A stretch of DNA of 26,789 nucleotides. It comes from Chiloscyllium plagiosum (lineage: Eukaryota). The stretch lies in assembly GCF_004010195.1 (NCBI RefSeq), contig NC_057720.1, positions 15,152,687-15,179,475 on the forward strand. Reading direction: 5' to 3'. Position numbers and translations under genes: made by a program. Below are positions 10,681 through 21,041 of the stretch, piece by piece. The notes below the pieces were generated by a model. The model was not told the origin of the DNA and made no database searches. It saw nothing but the letters and a program-made list of their open reading frames with translations. The stretch's first letter is position 1. Each line of letters starts with the position of its first letter.

Positions 10681-12477
10681 GTTTTCTGAGGGGAATATCG
10701 ACTTTTCCTAATTTAACTATCCATTTCTGTTAAAACCTTTTAATTCTTTGTGGTTTTTCAAATTGGTTTTTTTTAAAAAAGAGCATTCCGTTTGTGTTAG
10801 TTTGGGACTTGAGTCCAGTTCAAATGATTCTATTCTATAGGAAAATCACAACTCCAGTTCTGTACTTGTTGACGAGAAGATCATTAAAAATTGACTGGTT
10901 TTGTAATGACATATGACAGGTACAGTTTTTGCCAAGTTCCTGTTTTGTTGTTGTAAGTGAGAATAGTAGAATGGCTGACTTTCATCCCCTGGTTACTTTT
11001 GTGGTCTTGTCTGTGTGCGTGGCTGCTCGTTTATTTTTAAAGGTACATAGACCACAGTTCCTCAGTCTTGCAGCAAGCTTCAGAAATAATTCATTATGTT
11101 CTCTTCTCTCCTATTGCCTTGAGTGGAATACTAATGGGGCCAGGGAAAAGATGAATTATGACTCCTGAATCATGAAAAATTTATTGGAATTTCCAGTTGT
11201 GGAAATGATCTTGCTTGTGCCTTCTTTCGAGAGGCAGTAGTTTCTCTGAAATCATCCCAAAGCCTGCTTTTAAGGTATATACTAATCTTGGAGTTAATGC
11301 AATTTTAAAAAAAAATTTAGACTGTTTCCTGCAACTTTTAATTTCTTTTGCTTGAGCGGTCAGCACCCTCATGGACTTGCTTGTGTGCAACTTCGTGAGG
11401 TGAATGTTAATAAAACCATATTTTCTGACAGTTATTAACACAAGCTGCTTTGTGCACTGTGAACTCCTGGCACTTTTAGCGTCCTGACTACCGGCAACCT
11501 GTTAAATAATAATCTGATGCATTTTAATTGTTCTCACACAAGATGTGGGCGATCGTCAGTGCCCTAACTCATCGTTAATCCTCAGCATATCCAAGACTGC
11601 TTTTGTTATACAGTGTAGTAAATTGGCTGGGACGCCTCTCAAAGATCCCAGGTAACACATGCTGCAGCTTAATGTGACTTTTTTGCTAGTCTTGTGGTGT
11701 GACTGTTACTCACTTGGGAGGGAGGGAAGGAAGGAAGTACAGTATTAGCAGCTCCTCATCTAAATGCTCTGCCTGCATTAAAAATGTGATTTCTAACCAA
11801 ACGTTGACATGTTCATATTTGGGTTACCATTGTAAACATTTGACATTTATTTTCCTCTTGGCAGCAACTTTGAGTTTAATGCATCAGTAAAGAGCTAGTG
11901 TCAGAAACCCCAGTGTGTAATTTTAGACTCCTTTTAGCAATATTTACTGTCATCGCTGAATCAGTGCCCTGTAGATTTAAAAAGCTCCAGTATGTTGTAC
12001 GTGCTTCACTAATTATATGCCATTTAAGGGAATGCCTTTGGGGAAGTACATCTGGTCAGGAGGAGAGGGATGTACTCTTGAATTCAATTTAATTAGAGAT
12101 CTATTGCCCAGATTAAAAAAGAGAATTAAGCCATGCATCATCCATGTAAGATATCTTTTTAGCTTTGTTGAGGTTTGTGTGGAATTAGATCACCGTGTGC
12201 AGTGATTTGGACTTTTCTGTCAAAGTCTCGAACTTTATTTTTGATGTATTTCCATGTCATGTATTACCATGTGTCTTGGTAAGTTCACTGCAGTAATTCT
12301 GTGCCATGCCCCTTTAGAGATTTCCCTCTGTGTACCAGGCCCACCCTTTTCTATCTCCTTGTGCCGAGTATGACCAATGCCATCTCATCTCTTTCTATGA
12401 AAATCACATGCCTAATAGTCTAAGAAGGTTCACAAAAATACATCCACTCTATAAAACCTTCACGATCTAATGGGCAG

Positions 12478-14101
12478 TATCCCCAGGACCTGATCAGGTG
12501 TACCTAAGGGCATTGTGGGAAGCTATGGGAGAAATTGCTGTGCCTCCAGCAGAGGTATTTGTCATCAACAGCCACGGGTGAGGTGCCAGAAGCCAGGGGA
12601 GTGGCTAATGTGCCACTATTTAAGAGAGGCTGCAAGGAAAAGCCAGGGAACTGTAGACCTGACTATAGAACTATGAGCCTGACATCACTGGTAATTAAGT
12701 TGTTGGAAGGGATTCTGCCAGACAAGGTTTACATGCATTTGGGAAGGCATTAGGGATCATCAGCATGGCTTTGTACATGGGAACTCAATTCTGACAAACT
12801 TGATAACTTTTTTTTTGAAGAGGTGATCAAGAATTTAGATGAAGACAGAGCAGTATATGTTGTCTACATGGACTTTAACAAGACCCTTTGACGCGGTCCC
12901 ACATGGTGGCTTGTTTAGTAAAGTTAGATCACATGGGATCTAGGGAGAACTAGCCAATTGGATTTAAAAAATTGGCTTGACAGTAGGAGACGGTAGTGGT
13001 AGAGGATTGTTGTTCGGACTGGAAGACTGTGCTGCAATGATCAGTGCTGGGTCCACTGTTGTTTGTCTTTTATGTAAATGATTTGGATGAGAAATTAGGA
13101 GGCAGGGTCAATAAGTCTGTGGGTTTCACCAAAATGGGTGATATAATCACCAGTTAAGAAGATTATCCTAGAGTACAACGAGATCTTGATCAGCTGGGTC
13201 GATGGACCGACAAATGGAAGATGGAGTTTAATTTAGATAAATGGAAGGTGTTGCAGTCTGGTAAGGCAAACCAGGGCAGGCGATGCACAGTTAAGGGTCG
13301 GGCACTGTGGAGTGTTGTCAAACAGACACCTAGGTGTGCACGGACATAGTTCCTTGAAAATGGCGTCACAGGTAGACAGGGTGGTGAAGAATGCACTTTG
13401 GCATGCTTGCCTTCATTGGTCAACATTGAGTATAGGAGTTTGGACATCATGTTGGGGCTGTATCGGATGTGGTGAGGCCATTGTACAGTTCTGGTCACCC
13501 TGCTGGAGGAAGGATGTTATTAAACTAAAAGGGAGCAGAAAAAATGTACAACTACGTTACTGAGACTGGAAGGTTTGAGTTATAAGGGGAGGCTGGAACT
13601 TTTTTCCGTGGAGCATAGGAGACTGAGGGGAGACGTTATAGAAGTTTATAAAATCATGAGAAGCATAGATAAGGTGGATAGCCAAGGTCTTTTCCCCAAG
13701 GTAGGGGGAGTCCAAAACTAGCAGGGATAGGTTTGAGATGAGCAGGGTAGAGATTTAAAAGAGGAGAAAGTGAGGACTGCAGATGCTGGAGATCCGAGCT
13801 GAAAATGTGTTGCTGGAAAAGCGCAGCAGGTCAGGCAGCATCCAAGGAACAGGAGAATCGACGTTTCGGGCATAAGCCCTTCTAGAGCCCTGGGGGGCAA
13901 CTACTTCACACAGGGTGGTGCAAAAATGGAACAAACTGCCAGAGGAAGTGGAGGTGAGTACAGTTACAACATTTAAATGACCTTCAGAAAAGTACACTAG
14001 TAGGGATATGGGCCAAATGCAGGCAAATGGGTCTAATTCAGCTTAGGATACAGCATGAATGAGTTGGACCGAAGGGTCATTTTTCTGTGCTCTGACTCTA
14101 T
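12478..14101 (+). mobile_element. 5'-truncated CR1 (HER1-like) LINE, RT to 3' end, frameshifted; interrupted at 13762-13883
   Basis: SPGPDQVY, TGEVPE, PLFKRGCKEKPGN, QHGFV, VYMDFNK, SVLGPLLFVFYVNDLDE, MEFNLDK, VQFWSP, LRGDVIEVYKIMR and 3' UTR ggaccgaagggtc...ctgtgctctgactctat. Confidence 0.97.
13762..13883 (-). mobile_element. Single-arm Penelope-terminus element nested in CR1
   Basis: aggagaaagtgaggactgcagatgctggag...gaatcgacgtttcgggcataagcccttct is nearly identical to the arm at 19441-19542. CR1 sequence resumes on both sides. Confidence 0.9.
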
Positions 14102-15258
14102 AGTTCTGGTACCCCTGGGAGAGATGATAGAAAAGAAAGCAAAAATCTGTGACCAGTTCAGGAAATATTACATGTTCAATACAGTGTAAGTTAAACTAGT
14201 AAAACTTTAAGTTTGAAAATATGCTTTGGATGTGAGGAGAAAGCGCTGTCCTACCAGCTTCAGAATAAGAATAAAGGACACCCTTAACCTTGCTTCCTAT
14301 TGAAAGGATAGAATAGTGAAGTACCTCTAAAGATTAGGAGCCAAAAGGCATTAAGTTCATCCGCTTACTCCATTAACAGATGGCCTGGTCTCTAGAATTG
14401 CATCAATTTTTGTGTTCTCTCATTAGTGATTGTTCATCTTTCTTCATTGCCTACAAATTATGAAATTTGATGGAACATATCTGGTTGCTGCAACCTCAAG
14501 CCTAGCACTTGATCATTTTACTTCAGTTGTGGAGCTGCAGGGGACCAGGAAGTTCATGATCCAGCTGGAAATTGATTGATTTTTACTGAGACTGAGCATG
14601 TTGTCATAAAAGACATGGTTGAATGTCACGAGGTGCTGGACATTCCTGAGTTTTGCAACATATGCAGGATTCTCCTGACTGTGGTTACAAATTCTTTGTG
14701 AGCTGTGGCATTTTGAACTCTAGGCTGGCCAGTGAAATTGATCATTACCGCCTACAGACAACTGTTAAAATGGGTTGCTGTATTTCAGAAGTTTTGCCAA
14801 ATTTGCAATTAACTGGCTTCACACAAGCTTGTGACGTGTGAACCAGCTTACAGCACTATCTGTGAGAAAAGCACCTTAAAGCCAAACTGTTGTTCTGCTG
14901 CTTCTAGTCAATTTGAACTTCTCATGAAGCTCAGTGTGGATTGACCTTGCATCGCAGATTGGATTGAATGGGCTGGTGAGTATGTGAAGAAACATTACAT
15001 ATATTGGGCATATCGTGAATTGTATGCAATTTCAGGGTCTGATTACACCTTGAAAAGCTATAGTGCTTCCCCGATAGTAATTAGGTAATAACAGAATGAG
15101 GAGGGTGAAGAGTACCTTTTTATTACTTATTACATTTCTTCAGGAGCGATGTCTAATTGTATGCTCCTTTTTAATTTAAATGAGCAAATAGTCTGAAGCA
15201 CTCAGCCACTAGAGCATCTGGATTGTGGTAAATTGCAATAGCAAAACCTCTTGGGATA

Positions 15259-15734
15259 TTTACAAGGATGTTTGCAGGGTTGGAGGATTTGAGCTTTAGG
15301 GAGAGGTAAAATAGACTGGGAATTTCCCTGGAGCATCGGAGGCTAAGGGATGACCTTATAGAGGCTTATAAAATCTGAGGAGCATGGATAGGATAAATAG
15401 ACAAAGTCTTTTCCCTGGGTTTGGGGGGGTGGGGAGGGGAGTCCAGAGGGCATAGGTTTAGGGTGAGAGGGGAAAGATATAAAAGAGACCTAAGGGCAAC
15501 TTTTTCATGGAGGGTGCTATGAGTATGGAATGAGCTGCCAGAGGAAGTGGTAGAGGCTGGTACAATTGCAACTTTTAAAAGGCATCTGGATGGGTATATG
15601 AATTGGAAGGGTTTGGAGGGATATGGGCTGGGTGCTGGCAGGTGGGACGAGATTGGGTTGGGATATCTGGTCGCTATGAACAGGTTGGACTGAAGGGTCT
15701 GTTTCCATGTTGTACATCTCTATGACTCTATGAC
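15259..15734 (+). mobile_element. CR1 LINE 3' end with ctatgact-repeat tail
   Basis: FTRM, RRLRDDLIEAYKI, WNELPEEVVEAGTIATFKRHLD, and tail gaagggtctgtttccatgttgtacatctctatgactctatgac. Confidence 0.95.
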
Positions 15735-16188
15735 AGTATTGAATTTTACTGAGAGGTGGTCAGTAAAATTAACCTAAATGTGGGAAAATAAATATGTAAG
15801 CGTTCAACCTCGTTTTCAATCACTCTCACGCTAGAAGATAGGTGAAAAAGTTCTGTTGTGCCTTTATCTCCAAGTTGAGATCTGATATGCAGTCATAATA
15901 TTTAACTTTTCTGAATTACTCCAGTTAACATCATTCCTACCAAGCAGTCAAGAGCACAGATGTGACACAAGGTTATTTAAATGTCGTAACACTTGTGAAG
16001 TTGGTTTGAATATAACTTATTCCATGGATGATGTAGTATGGTGAATGTTTGGGGTAGGATTTGCTGTTGAGTCAGTAATGTTGAAGACTTAGTTGTTTAG
16101 AAGTTGCAAAATGGCCTTCAAGAAAATTTCTCTTCTAATAAGGAATCTTTTGTGTGTTTATGCAACTGTGCTAAATGAAATGGCAAAT

Positions 16189-16355
16189 ATTGTTTTTTAT
16201 AGTGCTGATTGGAATATAAACGTTGGCCAGGGCATGGCAAAAATTATTGTATTCCTCATCTTGTAGTACTATTGTGCCACTTTAGGTCAAACAGAGTGGG
16301 AACTGGATGGCGCACTTTATCATCCCATTCAAAAAGGTGGCACTTCCATGGTACT
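16189..16355 (-). mobile_element. Decayed Deu-domain SINE remnant
   Basis: tgttttttatagtgctgattggaatataaacgttggccagggca...cattcaaaaaggtggcacttcc resembles the reverse Deu core. Confidence 0.6.
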
Positions 16356-16582
16356 ACATAGGTATCTCAATATCTTCTCATAATACCAAGTTATATTAAT
16401 GTTGACTTCAATATTAAGCTATTTTTCATTATTTTTAATTGAATATGTTTCAGCTTTCCAGTGAGTCACAACTATAGCTGGATTTTATAGGCACCGTGAT
16501 TTCTAATATTCCCCTCCTTCTCCCCTTACCAATTAAAAGGTGGAAGATAATGTGGCAGGTGAAGTGGGCACAAACCCCACTC

Positions 16583-16795
16583 AAGTCTCGATTAGAGTGG
16601 TGCTGGAAAAGCACAGCAGGTCAGGCAGCATCCGAGGAGTGGGGAAAATCGATGTTTCGGGCAAAAACCCTTCATCAGGAATGCCCGAAACGTCAATTTT
16701 ACTGCTCCTGGGATGATGTCTGACCTGTTGTGCTTTTCCAGCACCACTCTAATCTAAACTCTGGTTTCCAGCATCTGCAGTCCTCACTTTTGCCT
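16583..16795 (+). mobile_element. Short palindromic Penelope-terminus element with 13-bp TSD
   Basis: Inverted arms gattagagtggtgctggaaaagcacagcagg... and ...tgtgcttttccagcaccactctaatc. Flanks are acaaaccccactc (16570-16582) and acaaagcccactc (16796-16808). Confidence 0.88.
16647..16682 (-). ncRNA. Putative minimal type I hammerhead ribozyme motif
   Basis: Minus strand reads attc-CTGATGA-A-GGGT-TTTT-GCCC-GAAA-CATC-gatt, which contains both core boxes and a stem II hairpin. Confidence 0.55.
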
Positions 16796-17376
16796 ACAAA
16801 GCCCACTCGTAACCCTGTCAGCTGACCTGCAGCAACGTCACACTGGGTTTAAAGGTGGGACTTTCACCTCTTTCTCTGGAGGAGGTCCTGCCAGAAAGAG
16901 CCTTTAATAGAGCTGAGAGATCAACTAGCAAACAGCTGCCGAGCTTCTTGCACATGTGCTCATCCCATTACCAAAGTAAATCGAGCAGAAATGCCTCAAA
17001 TGGCATGATCGTGGGTTTTTTTTTATTTTGAGGGCAATCATGTGGGTAGGAGACAGATTTGTACCCACTAGCCCCAGGTGTAGATTGGAGGCAGCCACCA
17101 GTTGTTAAGTGTTGAGATATTGTAGTAAAAATGGCCAACCTTCTGGCTCCTATCCCCATGTCTCCTTTATAGCTCAGAGCTAACTTGATGCCAATGGTTG
17201 GCCCCACTGTCTGCCCTTACACCCTTGTTGCCAATCACCTAGCAACCATTATAAATATACTTCAGGAGCCATGTTTAGGTGACATAAAGTTCTAAATCTT
17301 TTCATGGCATTTGAAAAAAAGTCTCCCATTCGATACATCTAAAACTGTCACATACTTAATCCCATAAAAACAACTA

Positions 17377-17533
17377 CAGAACAACCTCGATTATCCAAAC
17401 AAGATGAGTGGGGGACATTTTGTTCAGATAACTGATCTGATCATAAACAAAGGAAGCATTTACGGGACCTTGTGATCTTGTTCGGATAATCAGAAATTTG
17501 GATAATTGATGGTCGGATACAGAGGTTGTTTTG
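17377..17533. mobile_element. Tigger/pogo-like MITE (157 bp)
   Basis: TA|cagaacaacctc ... gaggttgttttg|TA gives an 11/12 TIR match with a TA duplication. Internal ggataa/ttatcc motifs recur. Confidence 0.8.
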
Positions 17534-17954
17534 TATTTGTATTCATTACACCATAAGGACAATTCATTTTCCAATATTCTCTTTGATCTGTAATCAAACT
17601 GTGACCCCATTTATTCAAAGGCTGGTCATTTAAATAACATGGTAGTTCTTGCCTAACCCCGCCTCTCCGCCTCTCCCTCATGCTGAATACATGTACTGAC
17701 TATTTTGGACTTCTACTGTTTTTTAGTTTAGATTTCTGGCATACCAATTATTTACTTTTGCAATGAAGTTCTTACTGTAATTGTTAATGGAATTGTTAAA
17801 TTGTTACTGTGCCCTTACCTCCTGTGTTAAACATTTCTAGTTTGCGGTTCATTTGTAGCTATCTAGTCCATTTGTTTGACTCTGTTTAGGAGAGCAAAGA
17901 GCCAATAAAGGGAATGTCGGTCACCCATGGGAAATCTCTCATCCATAATTCCAT

Positions 17955-18269
17955 GCGGCTGCACAGTGAATCAGTGGTTTGCACTGCTACCTCACAGTGC
18001 CAGGGACTCTGGTTCAACTCCACCTTCAGGCGACTGTCTGTGCAGAGTCGGTACATTCTCCACGTGTCTGCATGGGTTTCCACCCACAGTCCAAAAATAT
18101 GCAATTTTAGGTGGATCACCTATAGTGTCCAGAGGTGTTTAGGCAAGGTGGATTAGCCATGGGAAATGCAGGGTGACAGGTATAAGGTGGGGGTGCTCTT
18201 CAGATGGTCACTATGGACTCGATGGGCTGAATGGCCTACTTCCACATTGTACAGGTTCTATGATTCTAT
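17955..18269 (+). mobile_element. Older HE1-type SINE, TTCTATGA tail
   Basis: cagtggtttgcactgctacctcacagtgccagggactctggttcaactcc ... cttccacattgtacaggttctatgattctat. Confidence 0.9.
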
Positions 18270-18444
18270 AATCATCACTGAAGCAAATCAAAATGGTATT
18301 TTCATGTGATGGTGCAGTTGGATGTTATCTGTACATGTGGAATAGTTCCCTTTTCTTTTCGTTTTAGCTAGACCAGCTTTACTGGCTCGAGTAGATTTTA
18401 TACTGTATTAAAAATTGAAAAGGCTCCTTCAGTTGCACCTTTCA

Positions 18445-18615
18445 AACTCTACCACTGGAAGGATAGAGACAACAAGCCAAGCAACATCCACAACACAAGT
18501 TCCCTTGTACAGTTGCCTACCATCCTGACATGCAACCATCTCGGCTGTTCCTTTTTTGCCAATGCATCAAAATCCAGAAACACCATCTTTTAACAATGCT
18601 GTAGGTGTACCCATT
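18445..18615 (+). mobile_element. Old LINE 3'-region remnant (same family as 19705-19970)
   Basis: caagttccc...accatcctgacatg...tcaaaatccagaaac...tgtaggtgtacc parallels the reverse complement of 19830-19965. Confidence 0.6.
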
Positions 18616-18999
18616 ACTTACCCCTCATCCCTTGCACCATTCATTACCCCCAACTTGTGTGATTTGGGATGTGCAGTTTTTATTTCTTTGAACAAATTCC
18701 TCCCTAAAGTGGACAACAACAAAACTGGAGGACAGATCTTGCATCCTGAGGGGGAAATGCTGAGAATCGAAAGCATGAAACGAAGTGGAAAGAAAGATGA
18801 AAGTGTGTTGATTTAGAGGATTATTTGAGTGATCAAAGGAAATATGTTATTAATTGCTTAGTGATGGGTGCATTATGCTAACTCTCTGATCGAAAAAAGA
18901 GACCAAGAAACACGAAAATAGAGAAAGTAATCTTGCACCAGCAACTTTACAAAGATCCAGCAGCTGTAGTACAGGATTTCTGCATAATGACTGGGTCTC

Positions 19000-19175
19000 T
19001 GCTACTTACATCCTCTACCATGCCTTCATTGCTTCAAGAAGCAACCATTAGGTTAGCTTTTCATGTTGCTCCCTTAGTAAACTTCAGCTTATCCAAATGT
19101 CAGCCTCCATTGTATCTCACACCAAGCCCTGCTCAGCCACTTCCCCTGTGCTGACTGACTTCTTTGGTTCCTGGT
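19000..19175 (+). mobile_element. Old L2 LINE remnant
   Basis: ctcacaccaagccctgctcagccacttcccctgtgctgactgacttctttggttcc resembles the L2 TK...ITPVLADLHWLP region. Confidence 0.55.
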
Positions 19176-19280
19176 GTAGCAAAACCTTCAGTTCACATCC
19201 TTGATAGTCACTCCTGTGAAGACCCCAATGTTGTTATCCCAGCTGATGGTACTACTGGAAAGGTCAGAAACCTGGCTTTG

Positions 19281-19440
19281 TGTAGTAGTAGTGGTAGTAG
19301 TAGTAGTAGTAGGTGGTGGTGGTGGTTAATGGTAGTGGTGGTTAATGGTGGTTAATGGTGGTGGTGGTGGTAGTGGTTAATGGTAGTGGTGGTGGTAGTT
19401 AATGGTAGTGGTAGTGGTAGTAGTTAATGGTAGTAGTAGT
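19281..19440. repeat. Compound (GTA/GTG)n microsatellite with TTAATGG interruptions; continues at 19668-19692
   Basis: Directly visible in the sequence. Confidence 0.95.
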
Positions 19441-19666
19441 AGGAAGTGAGGTCTGCAGATGCTGGAGTATCAGAGCTGAAAATGTGTTGCTGGAAAAGCG
19501 CAGCAGGTCAGGCAGCATCCAGGGAACAGGAGAATCGACGTTNNNNNNNNNNNNNNNNNNNNNNNNNNNNNNNNNNNNNNNGAAGAAGGGCTTATGCCCG
19601 AAACGTCGATTCTCCTGTTCCCTGGATGCTGCCTGACCTGCTGCGCTTTTCCAGCAACACATTTTC
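19441..19666 (-). mobile_element. Young palindromic Penelope-terminus element spanning an assembly gap
   Basis: Perfect 65-bp inverted arms at 19478-19542 and 19602-19666. gaagaagggcttatgcccgaaacgtc immediately follows the gap. Confidence 0.9.
19543..19581. other. Assembly gap (39 N)
   Basis: Run of N. Confidence 1.
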
Positions 19667-19704
19667 TGTAGTAGTAGTAGTAGTAGTAGTAGGTTAGTTA
19701 GAGT

Positions 19705-20105
19705 TTTAAAAATTCATACGGATTGAGTATCGCAGCATTTATTGTCCATCCTAGTTGCTCTTGAAGGTGGTGATGAGCTGTCCCTTTGAACCACTGCAAT
19801 CCATGTGCGGGAGGAGAGGAGTAGATCCAGAATGCCATTAGGAAGGGGGTTCCAGTATTTTGACCCAGCAATTGTGAAGAAATGACGACATACTTCCAAG
19901 TAAGGGTGGCGAGTGGCTTAGAGGGGAGCCTACAGGTGATTGTGTTCCCGTGTATCTGCTGTCCTTCCAGACTGAGTACAATTCTATGGATGGCCCGCAG
20001 CACCCTGTCTAGATTTTGCTAGATCTGGTTTGAAGTCTATTCCATTTGTGACAGTAACAGTGCTACACTGAGATTATTCTCAATATGAAGATGGAACTTG
20101 GTCTC
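19705..20105 (-). mobile_element. LINE (CR1/L2 group) 3' end plus an adjoining internal piece
   Basis: cagcatttattgtccatcctagttgctcttgaaggtggtgatgagc is a reverse 3' UTR. Minus strand gives GNTITCRLPSKPLATLTW and SKYWNPLP. Confidence 0.75.
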
Positions 20106-20114
20106 CAAAAAAAA

Positions 20115-20380
20115 AACGTACAAATAAGGAACAAGAGGAGGCCTTTCAGCCCGCTCTGTCATTCAATACGATCATGGCTGATCAGATTTTGACCTCAGCT
20201 TTACATTTGTGCATATCTCCAGTAATCTTTGATCTACCTCCATCTTTAAAGATTCTGCACCTAGTACCTTTTTTGAAGAAAAGGATTCCAAATACACTGA
20301 ACCCTCAGACGACATGTTTCCCCATCTGTTTAAATTGGGTGTCCCTTTATTTTTAGCCTCCACTCTATCACAGGAGACCA
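20115..20380 (-). mobile_element. Old CR1 3' end
   Basis: aggaacaagaggaggcctttcagccc...cattcaatacgatcatggctgatc is homologous to 23735-23800. Confidence 0.8.
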
Positions 20381-20409
20381 ACTCTACCTTTGACTCCTAG
20401 TTCTATTCA

Positions 20410-20635
20410 TGAAGGGAACACTGCCTGCAGAATGTTGATGGTGGAGGGAAGGTGATGAATGGGTTTGGTGATAGCATCCTGTTGGAGGTGGCAAAGGATG
20501 ATCCTTTTGAATGCAGAGATGAGCAGGGTTGAATAGAAGGACAAGAAGCATCCTGTTTTGGCAAGGCGTGGAAGAGGAGATGGAAGAAGTGCAGGAGATG
20601 GATTGGTCATGACTTCAGGCCATGTCACCCACATT
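20410..20635 (-). mobile_element. Penelope-like ORF fragment (RT thumb/linker region)
   Basis: Minus strand gives FKRIILCHLQQDAITK, resembling the shark PLE motif QRIILRHFRHLQRDATTK. Confidence 0.65.
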
Positions 20636-20685
20636 GGGTGCGGAGAGTGAGATTAGGAATCTCAAACTACTCTGAAGAAATTAAA

Positions 20686-20798
20686 AGGACTGTGGCTCAG
20701 TGTACTGTCCCTACTTCTGAGCCAAGAGGTCCAGGTTCAAGCATCTCCTGCTCCAGAGACATATCATAACATCTTCAAATAAGTTGTTTAGAAAATAT
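20686..20798 (+). mobile_element. Short tRNA-derived SINE, copy 3
   Basis: tggctcagtg (A box), ggttcaagc (B box) and ctgctccagagacatatcataacatc...gttgtttagaaaatat. Same family as 5184 and 5327. Confidence 0.75.
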
Positions 20799-21041
20799 CC
20801 ATCCTGATGAACTTGTGCAGTGATGTCCTGTAGCTGAAATTATTGACATTTTCTGCTAGGTATGAATCCAGCCAATGTAGTTTGCACCAATTGTGGAATC
20901 TAAGCTGTGTAGATTTAAGTCTGATGCCAATTGCAAACTACATTAGGTTTGTACAGAATCACTTTCTTACCCAGCAAATGCACAGACTAAGTCCTAGATT
21001 GAATGGAGTTAGGTAGTTGGGTTTTTACTCTTTCTTATCAT

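Noticed and set aside
15417..15450. G-quadruplex-like G runs (also 9103-9118)
   Set aside because: These are local G-run expansions inside CR1 fragments, with no sign of function.
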